A stretch of 15,813 bases of DNA, taken from positions 1 to 15,813 of the forward strand of contig JBKBRF010000056.1 of assembly GCA_046292385.1 (NCBI GenBank). The letters are read 5' to 3'. Under the pieces are notes generated by a model that worked only from the letters and a program-made list of their open reading frames with translations, searched no databases and was not told the origin of the DNA. Both the position numbers and the translations under genes were made by a program. This document shows, piece after piece, positions 15,813 through 15,813 of this stretch. The stretch comes from Armatimonadota bacterium (GTDB lineage Bacteria > Armatimonadota > SYMT01). Each line of letters starts with the position of its first letter. Within the stretch, counting starts at the first letter, position 1.

Positions 15813-15813
15813 G

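Noticed and set aside
15554..15813. Plus-strand promoter-like TTTGCA-16-TAGAAT with GGGAGG and a TTG-started frame open to the window end
   Set aside because: The product is low-complexity Arg/Gly/Pro and lies antisense to a frame with much better codon bias; the SD is also too close to the TTG. An antisense promoter cannot be excluded.

Overview
Very GC-rich bacterial DNA. The DUF1501/DUF1549/DUF1553 genes suggest a Planctomycetota/Verrucomicrobiota/Armatimonadota-type genome (inference only). Gene order: a structured non-coding stretch after a TATAAT box (1-185); aldo/keto reductase (-); a divergent + strand cluster of DUF1501, secreted GH43-F5/8C-FN3 glycosidase, diheme cytochrome c DUF1549/DUF1553 protein and a second DUF1501; a small collagen-tailed lipoprotein (+); a perfect 13-bp hairpin; then on the - strand an O-methyltransferase, three TCAA-loop palindromes, an isochorismatase-family hydrolase, a six-PAS hybrid histidine kinase, and the 3' end of a CDS missed by the ORF track. 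Best leads: (1) the exported DUF1501/cytochrome/GH43 module as a possible glycan-redox system; (2) a ~60-codon repeat-rich insertion in the DUF1553 domain; (3) an Lsr2-like RGR motif behind a G10 tract in the truncated gene; (4) the covarying AGTCAACT palindromes; (5) two related His-Cys PAS domains. No CRISPR array, tRNA, rRNA or transposase was seen. All family calls are motif recognition by eye, not database searches.
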